DNA of 63,025 bases, the filler included, from Reticulomyxa filosa (taxonomy: Eukaryota; Protista; Foraminifera): NCBI GenBank assembly GCA_000512085.1. It is 26 parts of 26 records of this genome, joined end to end, with 100 filler letters (N's around TTAATTAATTAA, not from the genome) between each part and the next. Parts side by side here need not be neighbours in the genome. Positions count along the whole stretch, not along the records: positions 1 to 3,187 come from ASPP01004448.1; positions 3,288 to 4,601 come from ASPP01013712.1; positions 4,702 to 8,605 come from ASPP01007815.1; positions 8,706 to 11,595 come from ASPP01028711.1; positions 11,696 to 13,384 come from ASPP01018397.1; 21 more parts are not named here. One strand, given 5' to 3'. Under the pieces are notes generated by a model. That model did no database searches and was not told the origin of the DNA. It saw only the letters and a list, made by a program, of their open reading frames with translations. Of the stretch, positions 1 to 12,326 are shown in pieces (positions within the stretch are counted from its first letter, which is position 1; every line of letters begins with the position of its first letter). Made by a program: the position numbers and the translations under genes.

Positions 1-99
1 TGCAGAAATATTCACGAGATGCGACAATTGAGACCACGGGGTTGCAAATATCGATTGGTGTGTTCTTTGATTGAGTATGTTTTTTTTTTTTTTTTAATA

Positions 100-2280
100 C
101 GTGCTCGAGCTGTTGATCAACTTTAACATTGCTTGCTTGATCAGAATAGATAATGCCAAATCTTTGCGTGCTGTCCTATAATTGGTCATCAAATTGGGAG
201 TGACTCCGGAAGTATAACCAACAAATATCTATATAATTTCGATGCATTGGTACACAATAGTTGGCGCTGATAAAAAAGTGGAGTGGCAATGGAGCAGCAA
301 TTGAATTAAACGCATGAAGTGAAAATGGTGCATTGTGGAATGCATTACAGGTAGTAAATTCCTCGCGTTGCGCAATTCTTTTCGACAACCCATTTGGAAC
401 GTCTTCAATACCAATGTTTTACAAAAAGGTGGACCATAACGTGACTCCGAATTGAAATAAAAGATTAAGTTCTTCGACACGCGGAACAATGATAGCGATC
501 CAAACTTTTTTGTAATGTGATATTCAAACCCACTTACCACACGACATTGGCTTGACTGTTGGTGTCCACTCATTGCATCGTTTCGTATTCGTAATCGAAT
601 AATTGGCTAAATATATTCGCATTCTCCATTCGATAGTGTGATTATAATATAACTTTCCACATATCAACACTATGTTATCACATCCTTTGTTATATCACAG
701 GTTGAATTCACTTCATTTGATGTAAATATCAACAAAGAATAACCCATGCTCGAAACTGCCACAATTGGCACTGCAAAATGTAATGTACTAATTCTTGCTG
801 CAGAAAAGGCTCTCACGCGTATCCATTGACAATAAATATATTCTCCTTCTTCACGCTTGAGAACTCATCACAATTTTGTCGTCGTTGCTCATCTTCAATA
901 ATTTTGCGATACTTGCAATTGTTGACGGATATGTGCACTATAATTACTGTTGAATAGCCCCGTACCTTAACTTTACAATTATATCTAGATAATATGCGTT
1001 TCAATTTGTCTTTGCCACTTGTGATATTAGTTCGATAATGCTCCATTTACTTTGCAGCCGGGATCTTTGTTGTTATACCATTGTTTTCATTTGTGCGACA
1101 GGCCCATTATTGTTCTTCGCTATCAATATAATTAATCTGTGGAATTGGAAAAACACGACAAACTGGTACACTCAAAACGATTTTTCAACAGCTATAATTG
1201 TTACTGGCATATTGATAGCTCGCAACACGCACAGTGTTCACAACTATAGTACAAAGGCATAAAACGGCATTGTATGACGTGTTGTCGAGAATACCGAGAG
1301 AGTTACCGTTTGTCTTGCATTGGACTCGTGTCAACGAGGATATGAAGGGTACAAGCATAGTAGGGACTGTCTCTGCGGATCAAGGAACAATTTTCAATAA
1401 TTTCATGTCGCACTAACGCTCGTACATTGGACTGATCGAGTTATCGCAATAGCAGTAACAAAAACCAAAAGTTAAATATCTTTTCTGCATCCTATTGCTT
1501 TGACGACATCTGGACATGATTGGATATGATAACACGATAAAGCGCAACGAACGAAATAACGAATGTCATAATAGTTGACAGATTTTCCACGATATTTTGA
1601 AAAATTTTTACACGATGTAGTTCGCTTTGATCAGCGCATGCACATCGAAAAAAACTGATGGCGAATATACTTGAGCAAGAGTACGATGGATAGGGCGGTC
1701 CACAGTCGGCCTCACAATATAATGGGAGTGTAGAAAAATTTGATGCCGAGGCCGGAGGATAGCACGAACGTTGATCTGTTGTTGAATAGACAAATGTGAA
1801 AAAGTCCTGTATGTGGTTACATAGGACGGCAGTGTGAGTGAAGTGCTGAAGCGCAGCTCGACTGGAGCACTGTACATGTATTCTAAAAACCCAGGCCTCT
1901 TTGCCTCACCGCATTCAATGCAAATCAATCGCGCTCATTCCTCCCAGCGAAATGATTTTGGCGCAATTTGAGGGATTCTCTCTGGGTATTGTCGACTGAG
2001 TAATATCTTCAATATCCAAAACGCCAACTGTCTCGGCCGGTTTGACAAGTCTGTAAATCACAAAACAACGTATCTCAATGACAACTTTCTATTTTGTTTT
2101 TTATTTATTTATTAAAATTGTTTTGAATTACAAGAACTGCAAACGAATATGAGGTAATCCACAAAGTCTTCATGATATTCGAACTGCACATTCCAATTTC
2201 TTACATCGCATCCACCTATATTAATTTAATGATATCAAATCTCGCGCTACTGTTTCACATGAGCATCCACGTATACTTTT
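100..2280 (-). pseudogene. Decayed coding-like region of unknown family
   Basis: More GC-rich than the flank. Protein-like minus-strand fragments (229-573, 813-1046, 1608-1928) are broken by stops and frameshifts. No family recognised. Confidence 0.3.
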
Positions 2281-3187
2281 TTTCCTATATGTAAAAAAAA
2301 TGCTTATTTTATTTTCACAAAAAAGAAATTGTGGAAAATCACATGGATATCATAGAAATTGAAAAGAACATAGAATGTGAATTGATTATTTTTTGACACT
2401 GAACTTGTTGTTGGGTCTGCTGCTATCGCCACTGCATCTAATATTTTGGAGTCATAGCTCCAACACTGAAAAAAGTTTCTTTTTTTTTTCTTTTTCATCT
2501 TTTTCCTTTTTTTTATCAATTATTTTTAATTTTTTTCTCTTTTTATTTCAATACATTTTTTTTTCTTATTTCTTTCTTTTTTTTTTCTTTAACCCCTTTT
2601 TATTATTACTTTTTTTTACAATCCTTTTCTTTTTACATCATATTTTTTATCCACTTTCCCCTTTTTTTTCCATCTCCCCTTCTCCAATTTTTTTTCAAAA
2701 AAAACATTTGGGTCCTGGTGTATCTACATAATCACACCAAAAATGTCTTAAAAATTTTAAGGTCAAAAAAAAAATACCTGATGTGTAGTTCACGCTCCCA
2801 TTTCAAATTGTTTTCCTGTATTAAACACTCAAACTTTTTTTTTTGTTCATGTATAGAGGGAGGGGACATATAAAATACAAATATAATTTATTTTTTTTGT
2901 GCGTGGGAATTCCTATTTGTTATACACATACACAATCACATTATTTTGATAAAACAAAAACATAAATATATACACACAACATACCGCTATTTTTTTTTTG
3001 AAAACCGGGTGGTCTTCGACCCCATTTTGTGTGTGTGGAGGGAAGGGACAAACAGGTAACGATTTTTTGTGGACGGAAGATTCCTACACACAAGCATATA
3101 TCATATTGATATTTTTATTTAAAAAAAAAAGATATATCAAACCTTTTTTGCTCCTTTCGGAGACGGAGGTGGATTCTACTCCGTTTT

Positions 3188-3287
3188 NNNNNNNNNNNNN
3201 NNNNNNNNNNNNNNNNNNNNNNNNNNNNNNNTTAATTAATTAANNNNNNNNNNNNNNNNNNNNNNNNNNNNNNNNNNNNNNNNNNNN
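3188..3287. other. Artificial contig spacer N44-TTAATTAATTAA-N44 (first of 25)
   Basis: Identical 100-nt linker with stops in all six frames. Other copies start at 4602, 8606, 11596, 13385, 15464, 17035, 18538, 26010, 27800, 30626, 35924, 37756, 39250, 40557, 42653, 46443, 49219, 51768, 53344, 55246, 57456, 58839, 60016, 61348. Confidence 0.99.
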
Positions 3288-3322
<35 letters not shown>

Positions 3323-3569
3323 TATTGCAAATTTTCAAATGTTAGTTCTACCCTCAATACCAGATTTGAATCTAATTATTATAGTTATGTTACGACACGA
3401 ACCCAAAGCCCCTCTAATTCTTCTTTTTGTGAAAAAAAAAAGAGGGGGGGGGTGAGCAATAAAAGCAATGATTAAAAACAACAAGAACAAGAACAAGAAC
3501 ACATTGCGAACAAAAGCAATGTCTCACGATTGCAACAGTTCTTTGTGCGAAGATTTAACATTACAACAT

Positions 3570-4547
3570 ACAGATCTACATAAGAAAGGGAGCATTCCAA
3601 AAGCCAACGTTGCCACCCACCACAGCAACACTTGAGTGTTTGTGTCTTCCGAGGAGAGTTCGTGTCGCCAGTAAAGAAATAGTACGAATGCATTGAAACA
3701 ATGACGAAGCAGAACGCCAAGCAGAAGTTTCCACACCCCCCTCCCCCAATTTTGACTCTGGTTTTGGTGTTTCCACAAACGAGGATTCAGAGTTCTGCTT
3801 AAAAGGGACCCTGAAAAGCATCCTGTACTTATTTGGGAAAAAAAAAAAAAAAGAGTTTAAATTAAACTCGGAGATTGCAATATATGCATTATATGTATAC
3901 GTATACATATATAACACATGATGGAAAAAAAAAAAAAAAAAAACATGCTTACCAATAGTTCCTCCGATAATACTCAAGAAGCCGGCGAGATTGGCCAAGG
4001 ATTGATAACTGAGGAAGAGTGGCTCCTCTGTCTCGTCGTCCTTTTTTTCTCCACCAAGTTTGGAGGACTTGTGATCCGACATTGGTTTCAAGCTATCTTT
4101 GGCGGTGGCTTTATTTGTGTCGGAAGACGACGGCGATCGTGCGGAGCAATAGTGATGAATATAAAATCGATGCAAAATATTGCTGTGATGCAAATGGCTA
4201 AGCCATCGATATTGGTACATTTTGTAATTGCCACCGATCTTGCTATCCAAAGGACTCCAACTTTCACAGCTGTCCATGCTATCGGAGTGCTCAACGACAG
4301 CATTGCTGGGACCCATAGTCCGCTTCCGATCCCCCAAGGGAATGCACACGGCATCGCGCTTGTGGAAAGGCACGCGTCCGACATGAGAGTCCCAGTCGTA
4401 TTGAAAATAATTGAACGGACATTCAAGCCAGTTTTGTCGAAACGAGTAATTGAACCACATTACTTCCCAGCACCATACCACTTCAAACATCAGTCCCACG
4501 TACGTATACCGAATATGTTTTATCGCTAACACGAGCAATGTTGCCAT
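3570..4547 (-). CDS. Multi-pass membrane protein, possibly MFS transporter (partial, spliced)
   Basis: GT-AG intron 3823-3952 joins LANLAGFLSIIGGTI|GCFSGSLLS in frame. Further hydrophobic helices follow (VWKLLLGVLL, LLWWVATLAFGML). The Gly-rich helix resembles MFS transporters. Confidence 0.5.
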
Positions 4548-4819
4548 GGTTAAGCAGCGAATTGTAGTATCACAAAATATATAAAAGATCTAAATATATA
4601 TNNNNNNNNNNNNNNNNNNNNNNNNNNNNNNNNNNNNNNNNNNNNTTAATTAATTAANNNNNNNNNNNNNNNNNNNNNNNNNNNNNNNNNNNNNNNNNNN
4701 NGCATAGTCTGGATCATGTTTCTGCCTTTTTTTTTTTTTTTTTATGCGTATATACATATGTGCACATATATGTACATATATATATATATATGTATATATA
4801 TGTATATATTTGTTTCTGC

Positions 4820-6508
4820 CAATGGCAACGCGAAATCCAAATGAAAGTATCGCACCTCTTGCATTGACTATGGACTGAGAAACGAAACGATCCCTCCGTT
4901 GACCATGTTGGAATTGTTGAAAAAGAATATTCCTGATGACCAAAACTGGCAGGAATTGATTCAGACAAGAGAATCACTTGTTAGTTGTTAATATTGCGGA
5001 AAAACAAACTCATTCTACGTAACATTTCTTTCACATAAGGAGGACATTGAAGATGTATGCTTGACTCTTTTTTTTTTTGAATAGGAGGGGTTCACTCCGT
5101 TAATGGGCACTGTATTGGTTCAACCTCATCTTAGTGATACTTTGATAGCAGCGCTCATTCCAAATGATTATCTAACTAATTTTGAATTTTGGGAAACTAT
5201 TGCCACTGAAAACTTTGTTGAGTTCTCTTTTGAAAAAAAAAAAAAAAAAACGACGTGTCAATCATTTTCTTTTTTGTTTTTTGCTTCGGAAAAAAAAAAA
5301 AAAAAACGAAGTGGGCGGTCATTACTGCACTTGGTATTTAATCAATCCTTGGCAAATGTGTTGCCGCGATTAACTTTGCTGCACAAGTTTATGCCCCAAA
5401 AGTCATGGCAAGAATTGCTTGTTACCACTGATATGGTTATAATGTATTGGATTTTTTTTTTTGTTGAATGCTTTTCAGTCTTTCTTTCGCTGCATTGTAT
5501 TGCACTGTGTTTTTCACAGTACAGCAAAACACCGTTAATGGAGGCATTGCTGTGTTCCGTCGAAATGGATGAACATATCATTGCATTTTTGATTCCTAGC
5601 AATGGTGGTGATGATAACTTTTGGAAAATGGAAACTAATGTATTTTTTTTTTTTTTTTACCTTGTTTCATTTGTTTATTTTACTGGCTGTTTTCTTTCTT
5701 ATTTGAATGCAAACAGGATAGACAGTCAGGAATTGATATTCGAGGATGCAATATGATACACTTGAGTGTGTTAAACAAGAGAAACAACACTTTAAATAAC
5801 TTGAAAACTTTGCAACAGTTTATGCCAGAGAAGCTATGGGCTGAGTTACTCAACAAAAAAAATAAATCATTGGTATGTTATCCCTTTACTTTTAAAACTC
5901 GAAAAAACATAAATCATTACTAATAAATGCGAATACATGCCTATCAAATGTCTTATTATTATATATAGGTCGAGGAAACACCCTTTGAAACTGCACATCG
6001 ACTGGATAAACCGGAAACTGTTTTATCACTACTTATAAACAAGGGTGTTACGCAAAAAAAAATGTGATGAGCGATTCTCATAATAAAAAAACTCTTTTTA
6101 TAACCACAAAATTTATTCAATGTGATATGTATCATATGCGTGTCCAAAGATATGTGCGTTTACTTCTTCGACAAAGAAAGTGTAGAAAGTTATCTATCTT
6201 TAAAAATCGCATTGCTTACGCGTTAGCATTTTGGTTACCAACAAATATTTTCATTTTTAAGCAGTAGAGACCTTTCGACTTTTTTTGATGTTCTTACTTC
6301 GAGATAAGAAATACATGCTCAGCTAAAAAATTTGATAGAAATTCATTACAGATCCGGTAACACTGTTTTTGAATTTGTTTGTGAGCTTTTATGTTAATGG
6401 TTGTCTAACTTTCTTAAACAACAGTATGAAAAAATGTGTAGATATTTGCAACAGGGTAAAAAAGAAATGAATGAAATGGTGCAAAGAAGAAATAAAATGA
6501 AAAATTGA
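4820..6508 (+). CDS. Ankyrin-like repeat protein (multi-exon, partial)
   Basis: Repeating unit L..L.K.MP..(W)QEL followed by an intron and then TPL/TPF (EGFTPLMG, SKTPLMEA, EETPFETAH), plus RSLLHL; ankyrin-like motifs. Confidence 0.5.
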
Positions 6509-6634
6509 GTTGAGAAGTTTTAGGTCCAGAAATAGTTCAGTACGAGAATTTTCTAACCCTCTTAAAACGCAAACAAGAACAAGCAGTAATGATGTTGATT
6601 TTTGTAAGTTTGGATTTGTTTTTGAACAGAAAAA

Positions 6635-7310
6635 TCTCTATTGTGTTTCGTAACAATCTTATCAAAATAATCGATTGATACTAATTTTATCTTTAAAGTT
6701 CGGGTCCAATATTTAATAACAAACTTTATTTCGTTTTTGACTGTTATTTGTCAATTATTTCACACAATCAAATTTAATAAACAAATCATTACCAACTGTG
6801 AAGGGTCCAATACAGGCACTTCTATCTTCATGTAAGTTGATGATATTGTATCCTTATCATCTTTTCGTCCAATGACGTGTATATGATTGTCCCCTTTGCT
6901 TAGTATTGCAACACATTCATATAATGGACTGTGTTAAATGTTTTGAAATGTCATACATTTGTTTTCTTTAATTGAATACTTAGCAATGATTTTGAAACAA
7001 CATTAGGATAACAATATCTACCAAAGAACAAGATATCATCGATGGATACATATGCATACATATTGAGTGATACAATATTATGACAAAGGTAGTTGATAAA
7101 ATTGAAACGTGTTGTTATCTTCACCATATTCAATTGTAATCCTGCATTCTGTTTAAATAACAACATTTGATAATTTTGTTTATTATTTTCTTCATTTATT
7201 TTCATCATTTCTTGTCATTGTCTATTTTCTGAATTTGATACAAAGCAATAAAGTAATATTGAATCACCAGTTGGTAAAGTGTCATGTTTAATAAATTGAA
7301 ATGTATTTAA
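6635..7310 (-). pseudogene. Kelch-like beta-propeller family pseudogene (3' part) with C-terminal module exon
   Basis: Homologous to 42753-43982 (NYQMLLF, YAYVSIDDILFFG, DPSQL|gtaatg) with frameshifts. Terminal exon from 6740 reads SKNEIKFVIKYWTRTLKIKLVSIDYFDKIV after restoring one A in a homopolymer. Confidence 0.8.
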
Positions 7311-7850
7311 ATTTTTTTTCGTTTTGCATTTGCAGCATTTATTAAAATTATTGTTTATGTTCTTTTTTTATTTTCTAAAATGATTAAATAACAAATATGA
7401 TGTTTACTTTGGAAATTTTTTTTACTTAAGCTATGATTTATTTTCATTGCGAAATCTTGTTATTTCATGGTTACGATGCAGGCAAGATTGTTAACTTTTT
7501 CTCAAAAATTTTGAAAAATCAATAACCTCTATACGTTACCATTTTAGGTATCAGCTTTCTTTTGCATCACAATGGTCTCTACTACAAATGGTCGTATCCC
7601 AAGAGTTGTGTTATTATCAAAAGGAACATTAATCAATCAAATTTCTTTTAAACATGTCATTTATGAAATTTATGTTTACGCAGTTTTAATGTTCAAATTC
7701 AAATATTTAAATTTTTACTCTTCAAGCTTGGCAAAACAATAATTAATTTAAAAACAGAAACAAACACATGAAAAGTTTATAAAAATTGTATTAATTACAC
7801 TATTCGTTCAACGTTGAAGTTTTTTGTTTTCAAACATTCTAAAAAACAAA

Positions 7851-8605
7851 ATGACAACTCTTAGCAATGAGAAGCGAATTCCAACACAACTAGTGTTGGT
7901 AAGCTTTATTACAAGATCTCAGAAAGTATATGGACTTTTTATTATTTATTTATTGTATATAATTTGTGATTCAAACAGTCTGAAGAAGAAAAGATTCGAG
8001 TAATTATACAACATTGGATCCGAATATTGAAAATTAAATTTGGACGGATTAATGAGTTTGACAAACTTGTTGTCAATTATGTTAGTTTGTTCTTTTTTCT
8101 TTTTAAAATGCAAATCAAAATTCAAATGTTTATTTAACATAGGTATATACTGTCTTCATGTTTGACACGTTTCGTTCATCATCCAAATTAATCAATACAT
8201 TCACTAGAGATAAGGACATTGTGTGGAGTATTGATACCCAACATTTGATAATTTTCAATTCATTTTTCTGGATCAAATGATAACACAGTTTGTGTATGGG
8301 ACGTTGATAACAACAAGCAAATTCAATCATTCAATAGACATTCAGGTCCTGTGTATTGTGTGAAATTTTCATCATATCATTATCATAATCATCGTCAAAA
8401 TGTCATTTGTTCTTCATCAGAAGACAAAACCATTCGTTTTTGGGATTTCAAGCATAATAAACAATTACAAATATTCAATGGACATACATATGATGTTTGT
8501 GGTATTGAATTTTCACAATTTAATGGTGGCAGGTATTTGTGTTCTGGATCATTAGATAGGGCAATTCGTTTATGGGATATTGAAACATCAAAATCATTAC
8601 ATGTT
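7851..8605 (+). pseudogene. WD40 family gene, 5' part (frameshifted; runs off contig)
   Basis: Exons 7851-7898 (MTTLSNEKRIPTQLVL), 7979-8080 (module exon) and 8143 onward with WD repeats (DKTIRFWD, GHTYDV, AIRLWD). Frame is disrupted near 8240-8280. Confidence 0.8.
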
Positions 8606-8705
8606 NNNNNNNNNNNNNNNNNNNNNNNNNNNNNNNNNNNNNNNNNNNNTTAATTAATTAANNNNNNNNNNNNNNNNNNNNNNNNNNNNNNNNNNNNNNN
8701 NNNNN

Positions 8706-9688
8706 TGAATGCATTCGGTGTATTTCTTACAGACATTATAATTATGTATCTCACGCTGGCATTCAAGAATTATTGAAATCTACTCTACGTGAAGTGGACA
8801 AAGGCGAGATTAATGTATTTTTAGTTTATGCAAATGTGGTGAACATTATATTTGCAATTGCAATTGTGGCGATTGCAAGGGTATTCGTGGCAAATTTAGT
8901 ATTCCAACAATCCGGTCACAAAATAAAAAAATTTACTCTAGAGAGAAACTGTCTTTGTATCATGAACTTGAAAAAGTTGTAAAATCTATTCAAAACATTG
9001 TTAATGAATATGGTAATAATTATTATAATGGTAACAATAAATTCTTTGAAAATATCGTTAACCTTTGTGATCAACAATCACCTGGAGTTGATGATAATTC
9101 GCAACAATTGTTATAATCTCAATTGAATTCACCAATTATGGAAAGTTCAAATAACCGTGAAAAAGAATTGGAAAAAGAAATCAAAAAATTAAAAAGGACT
9201 TTGGAAGAAGAACGAAAAGTATATGAAACAAAAATTGAAAATATGAAAAATTGTTATGATAAAAAGCTGTAAATTTGTTATCAAAATTGACATACTTAAT
9301 AAATATATTAGAAGTTAGTCAAAAAAAAGTACAATTGGAAACCACATTAAAACACAATTCACAATTCACAATTTACAACGTAGAAATTATATTTTCAGAA
9401 GAAGAACCAAGCAAAAAGATACAAAAACGAAAAAAAGATATTATCGATGATGATCCACACGAAATGATACCAACCAAAAAGATTCGATTGGATAAAGTTG
9501 AAGGAATACTAGATGAAGAAAAACCAGTTGAAAAAAACACAGCTGAAGAAATACCAATTGACAAGTCCAATACAAACAAAATCGAAATTTTACAGTTACT
9601 CCAAAATATTGACAGAAAAATCGATGATTTAGCGAAACGGACACAAAAATTGAAAATCAACTCCAAAAAACAAATTTGTATATTGTAG
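8706..9688 (+). pseudogene. Degenerate intronless ORF(s): Cys-rich segment and coiled coil, unknown family
   Basis: CKCGEHYICNCNCGDCKG, EKELEKEIKKLKRTLEEE and ORF 9275-9688, interrupted by stops. Confidence 0.3.
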
Positions 9689-9855
9689 TCATTTTGAGAA
9701 AATTAAATTCAGGATTTATATATTATATTATTTCGAATCCTTAGAATAAATTTTATTTATATATAATTAAATCTTTTTTTATTATTTGCATGAACCAAAT
9801 TTGAAAATTTGATAATATAATTTTTGAAATACTTAAATTCTAATTATCATAATTA

Positions 9856-9948
9856 CAGTAGGTTGCAAAGAAAACTGAGCGCATAAAACGATATCTTATG
9901 ATGATAATTGATTTTCTCCATGAAAAGTCAACATTTAGACCTAATTTT
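9856..9948 (+). mobile_element. Tc1/mariner-like terminal sequence (copy 1)
   Basis: TA|CAGTAGGTTGCAAAGAAAACTGA... is near-identical over ~90 nt to 49025-49116 and related to the reverse complement of 26110-26238. Homology starts exactly after TA. Confidence 0.6.
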
Positions 9949-11695
9949 TTTTTTATCGGTAATCTAATACAAATTTTATGTGTGTCCTTAAAATCACTTT
10001 TCTGCAAATAGATTTTATTATAAAAAAGAAAACTCAGGATTCAGAAAGCGTTATTTGTCAAGTCATTAATTTCATTTTGTATATATAAAAAAGCAAAATT
10101 AATGATAAATAAATATTATATAAAAAAATGAAAAATATCCAAAAAAATTTTTTACAAGTTAGATATCCTTTTGACAAAATATAATTGTATATATTGCATA
10201 AAGTGATTCAATATAAATTAAAGTTATACTTATAGCTTCGTTAGTTTGCGTAAGTTTTTGCTGGCCTTATTCGTCATCATAATATAACTTTCTTTTTTTA
10301 CCAAAAAGTAAAAAAAATTTAAAACATTGTTGAAGTGGAGTTTATAAAGAAAAAAGAATCATGAAATTTATATAAAAAAGCATTTAAAAAAAGTAAATTT
10401 ACAAAAGAATAATAATTTGATTTATAAAATTATATGAAGTAGTCTTTTGAAATTTTGTGCGAATGAAGAAACTTTATATTAAAATTTTATTTGAGTTTAG
10501 ATTTTTTTTTTGTAATTTTTTTGTTTGTAATAAACAAAAAATGTTTAATAAAAAAAAATTAATCAACGTAATAAACAAAATGATTTGATAAATTTTGAAG
10601 TTCAAAGATGATTTTTTGTTTTAAAAAAATTGAAAAATTTAAAAAAAGATTTAAAGAAACTGATCATCCAAACAAATTTAGTGTAGAATTACCAAAGAAA
10701 ATTTCGATTAACTTAATTAAGGATTTATATATATATGATAGTTAAATAGTTGCCCATTTGATATGTTAATACTTATTCATGACTCATTATTATTTTATTA
10801 TTGACTCCACTTACAACTAAAACTTTAAAACGCTCTTTTTAAAAATAACAATATTTTAATACAATGACGTAAATAAAACAAAAAATTATTGTATATTATG
10901 GATGAATTAATACTGGCAGTCAACAAGATTCAAATGAATCTTAAATTCCCATTTTTCTCTAACTAGCGGTAATTGACTGTAGAAATGATGAAATAGAACA
11001 TAGCATAGAAGATGATCGTAGCAAAAGAATACAAATTTCGGAAACTGAAAAATTTATACAAAATATTGATCATTTTTTGAACTATTGAAACGTATATATG
11101 GTATGGAAGAAGACAGATGCAAAGTGCTACAATAAAGATTTGAAAAAAGCAAAAAAATATTTTGATGGTACTTATGATCAATTTGTCTGTGATCTTTATT
11201 TGGTTAATCCAAATGCATATAAATATAATGTTATAATGAAAAAAAAATTATAGCTTTTGACATATTGATGAAGAGTATACGCGAATTTCACAATTTATGG
11301 AAAAGTGCTCAAGCTATAATATATTGGAATAAAGCAAAATTTTTTCAAAAAAATTGAACATGCTCCTAACAGCAAAAAAAAAAACAAATACAAATAACAT
11401 TAACACAAACATTTGATAATAGATATTTCAAAAAAAAATAATTAATTAAATCTTAGTACACCTGCATTATCTTGCAAAAAAAACATTTACTTTCGTTTTA
11501 TACAATGTTGCGCAGATTGGTTTAGGCGCTTCCATTTTTTTCTTTTTTAACCTTTGAAAATAGTGGTCATTTTTGGTACAGTTTGACATGTGACANNNNN
11601 NNNNNNNNNNNNNNNNNNNNNNNNNNNNNNNNNNNNNNNTTAATTAATTAANNNNNNNNNNNNNNNNNNNNNNNNNNNNNNNNNNNNNNNNNNNN

Positions 11696-11728
11696 GTTGG
11701 TCGGATCGACGGGAGTCTGGATGTTCAT
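11696..11728 (-). CDS. Bacterial gene 5' end (MNIQTPVDPT..., truncated by contig edge)
   Basis: ATG at 11728 with GAGG upstream, just downstream of the cupin stop; operon-like spacing. Confidence 0.45.
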
Positions 11729-11741
11729 GGAAGCCTCTACG

Positions 11742-12092
11742 CTATTCGATGGGAACGAAGATGGAATGACGGAGCTGGCCGTTGATCGCCTTCGAGAAGT
11801 GGCCCTTGCCGTGGGTGTCCTCGACCAATATCACCTCGCCGGCGCCGATGATGCGCGTCTCGCCGTCGCTTGCCTGGATGGAGACGCCGGCGTCGAGGTT
11901 GATGATGTACTGCCGGCGCGGCGCCGGATGCCATTCATAATCGTAGGTGCCGGGCGTCTCGCGGAAGATGATGCCGGTCGCCGGCAGGGTGGCCGAGGTC
12001 TTGCCGCCGCGGCCCTCGTTCTTCCACTCGATCTCGATGTCGCGGAAGTGGGTCTCGCCGTCGGCATCAGCATACAGATTATGGATACGCAT
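11742..12092 (-). CDS. Bacterial cupin-fold (RmlC-like) protein, 116 aa
   Basis: MRIHNLYADADGETHF...WHPAPRRQYII.L.....I.ASDGE.R....GEVILVEDT.GKGH.S is a typical small cupin signature. GGAGAG RBS and GC-rich codon use. Confidence 0.85.
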   Translation of the reverse strand: MRIHNLYADADGETHFRDIEIEWKNEGRGGKTSATLPATGIIFRETPGTYDYEWHPAPRRQYIINLDAGVSIQASDGETRIIGAGEVILVEDTHGKGHFSKAINGQLRHSIFVPIE

Positions 12093-12326
12093 GAATTTTT
12101 CTCTCCCTTGCCCTCTCGGCGGCACAGCTTAGAACGAGAGCATGAGCGTCGTCACATCCTATCCCTCACAGTGATGTTGTAGCTTGTTCTATTGCGTTTC
12201 GGGCCGGTCATCATGACGGATGGTATTAGCTAATTTCGGCTGGTGCCCGCTAGTCCGGTGCCGATTCCGGTGCCAAATTCCTGCCGTGTCCCGCCGTAGT
12301 CGGGAAGCGCCTAAGGGGACAATGCA

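Noticed and set aside
2393-2731. Phe-rich ORF resembling a membrane protein
   Set aside because: Translation of T-rich low-complexity DNA.
3918-4529. 203-aa plus-strand ORF
   Set aside because: Antisense shadow; splice signals and membrane helices support the minus strand.
11697-12182. 161-aa plus-strand ORF and other overlapping ORFs (12189-12917 -, 12975-13373 -)
   Set aside because: Shadow ORFs opposite better-supported genes in GC-rich DNA.
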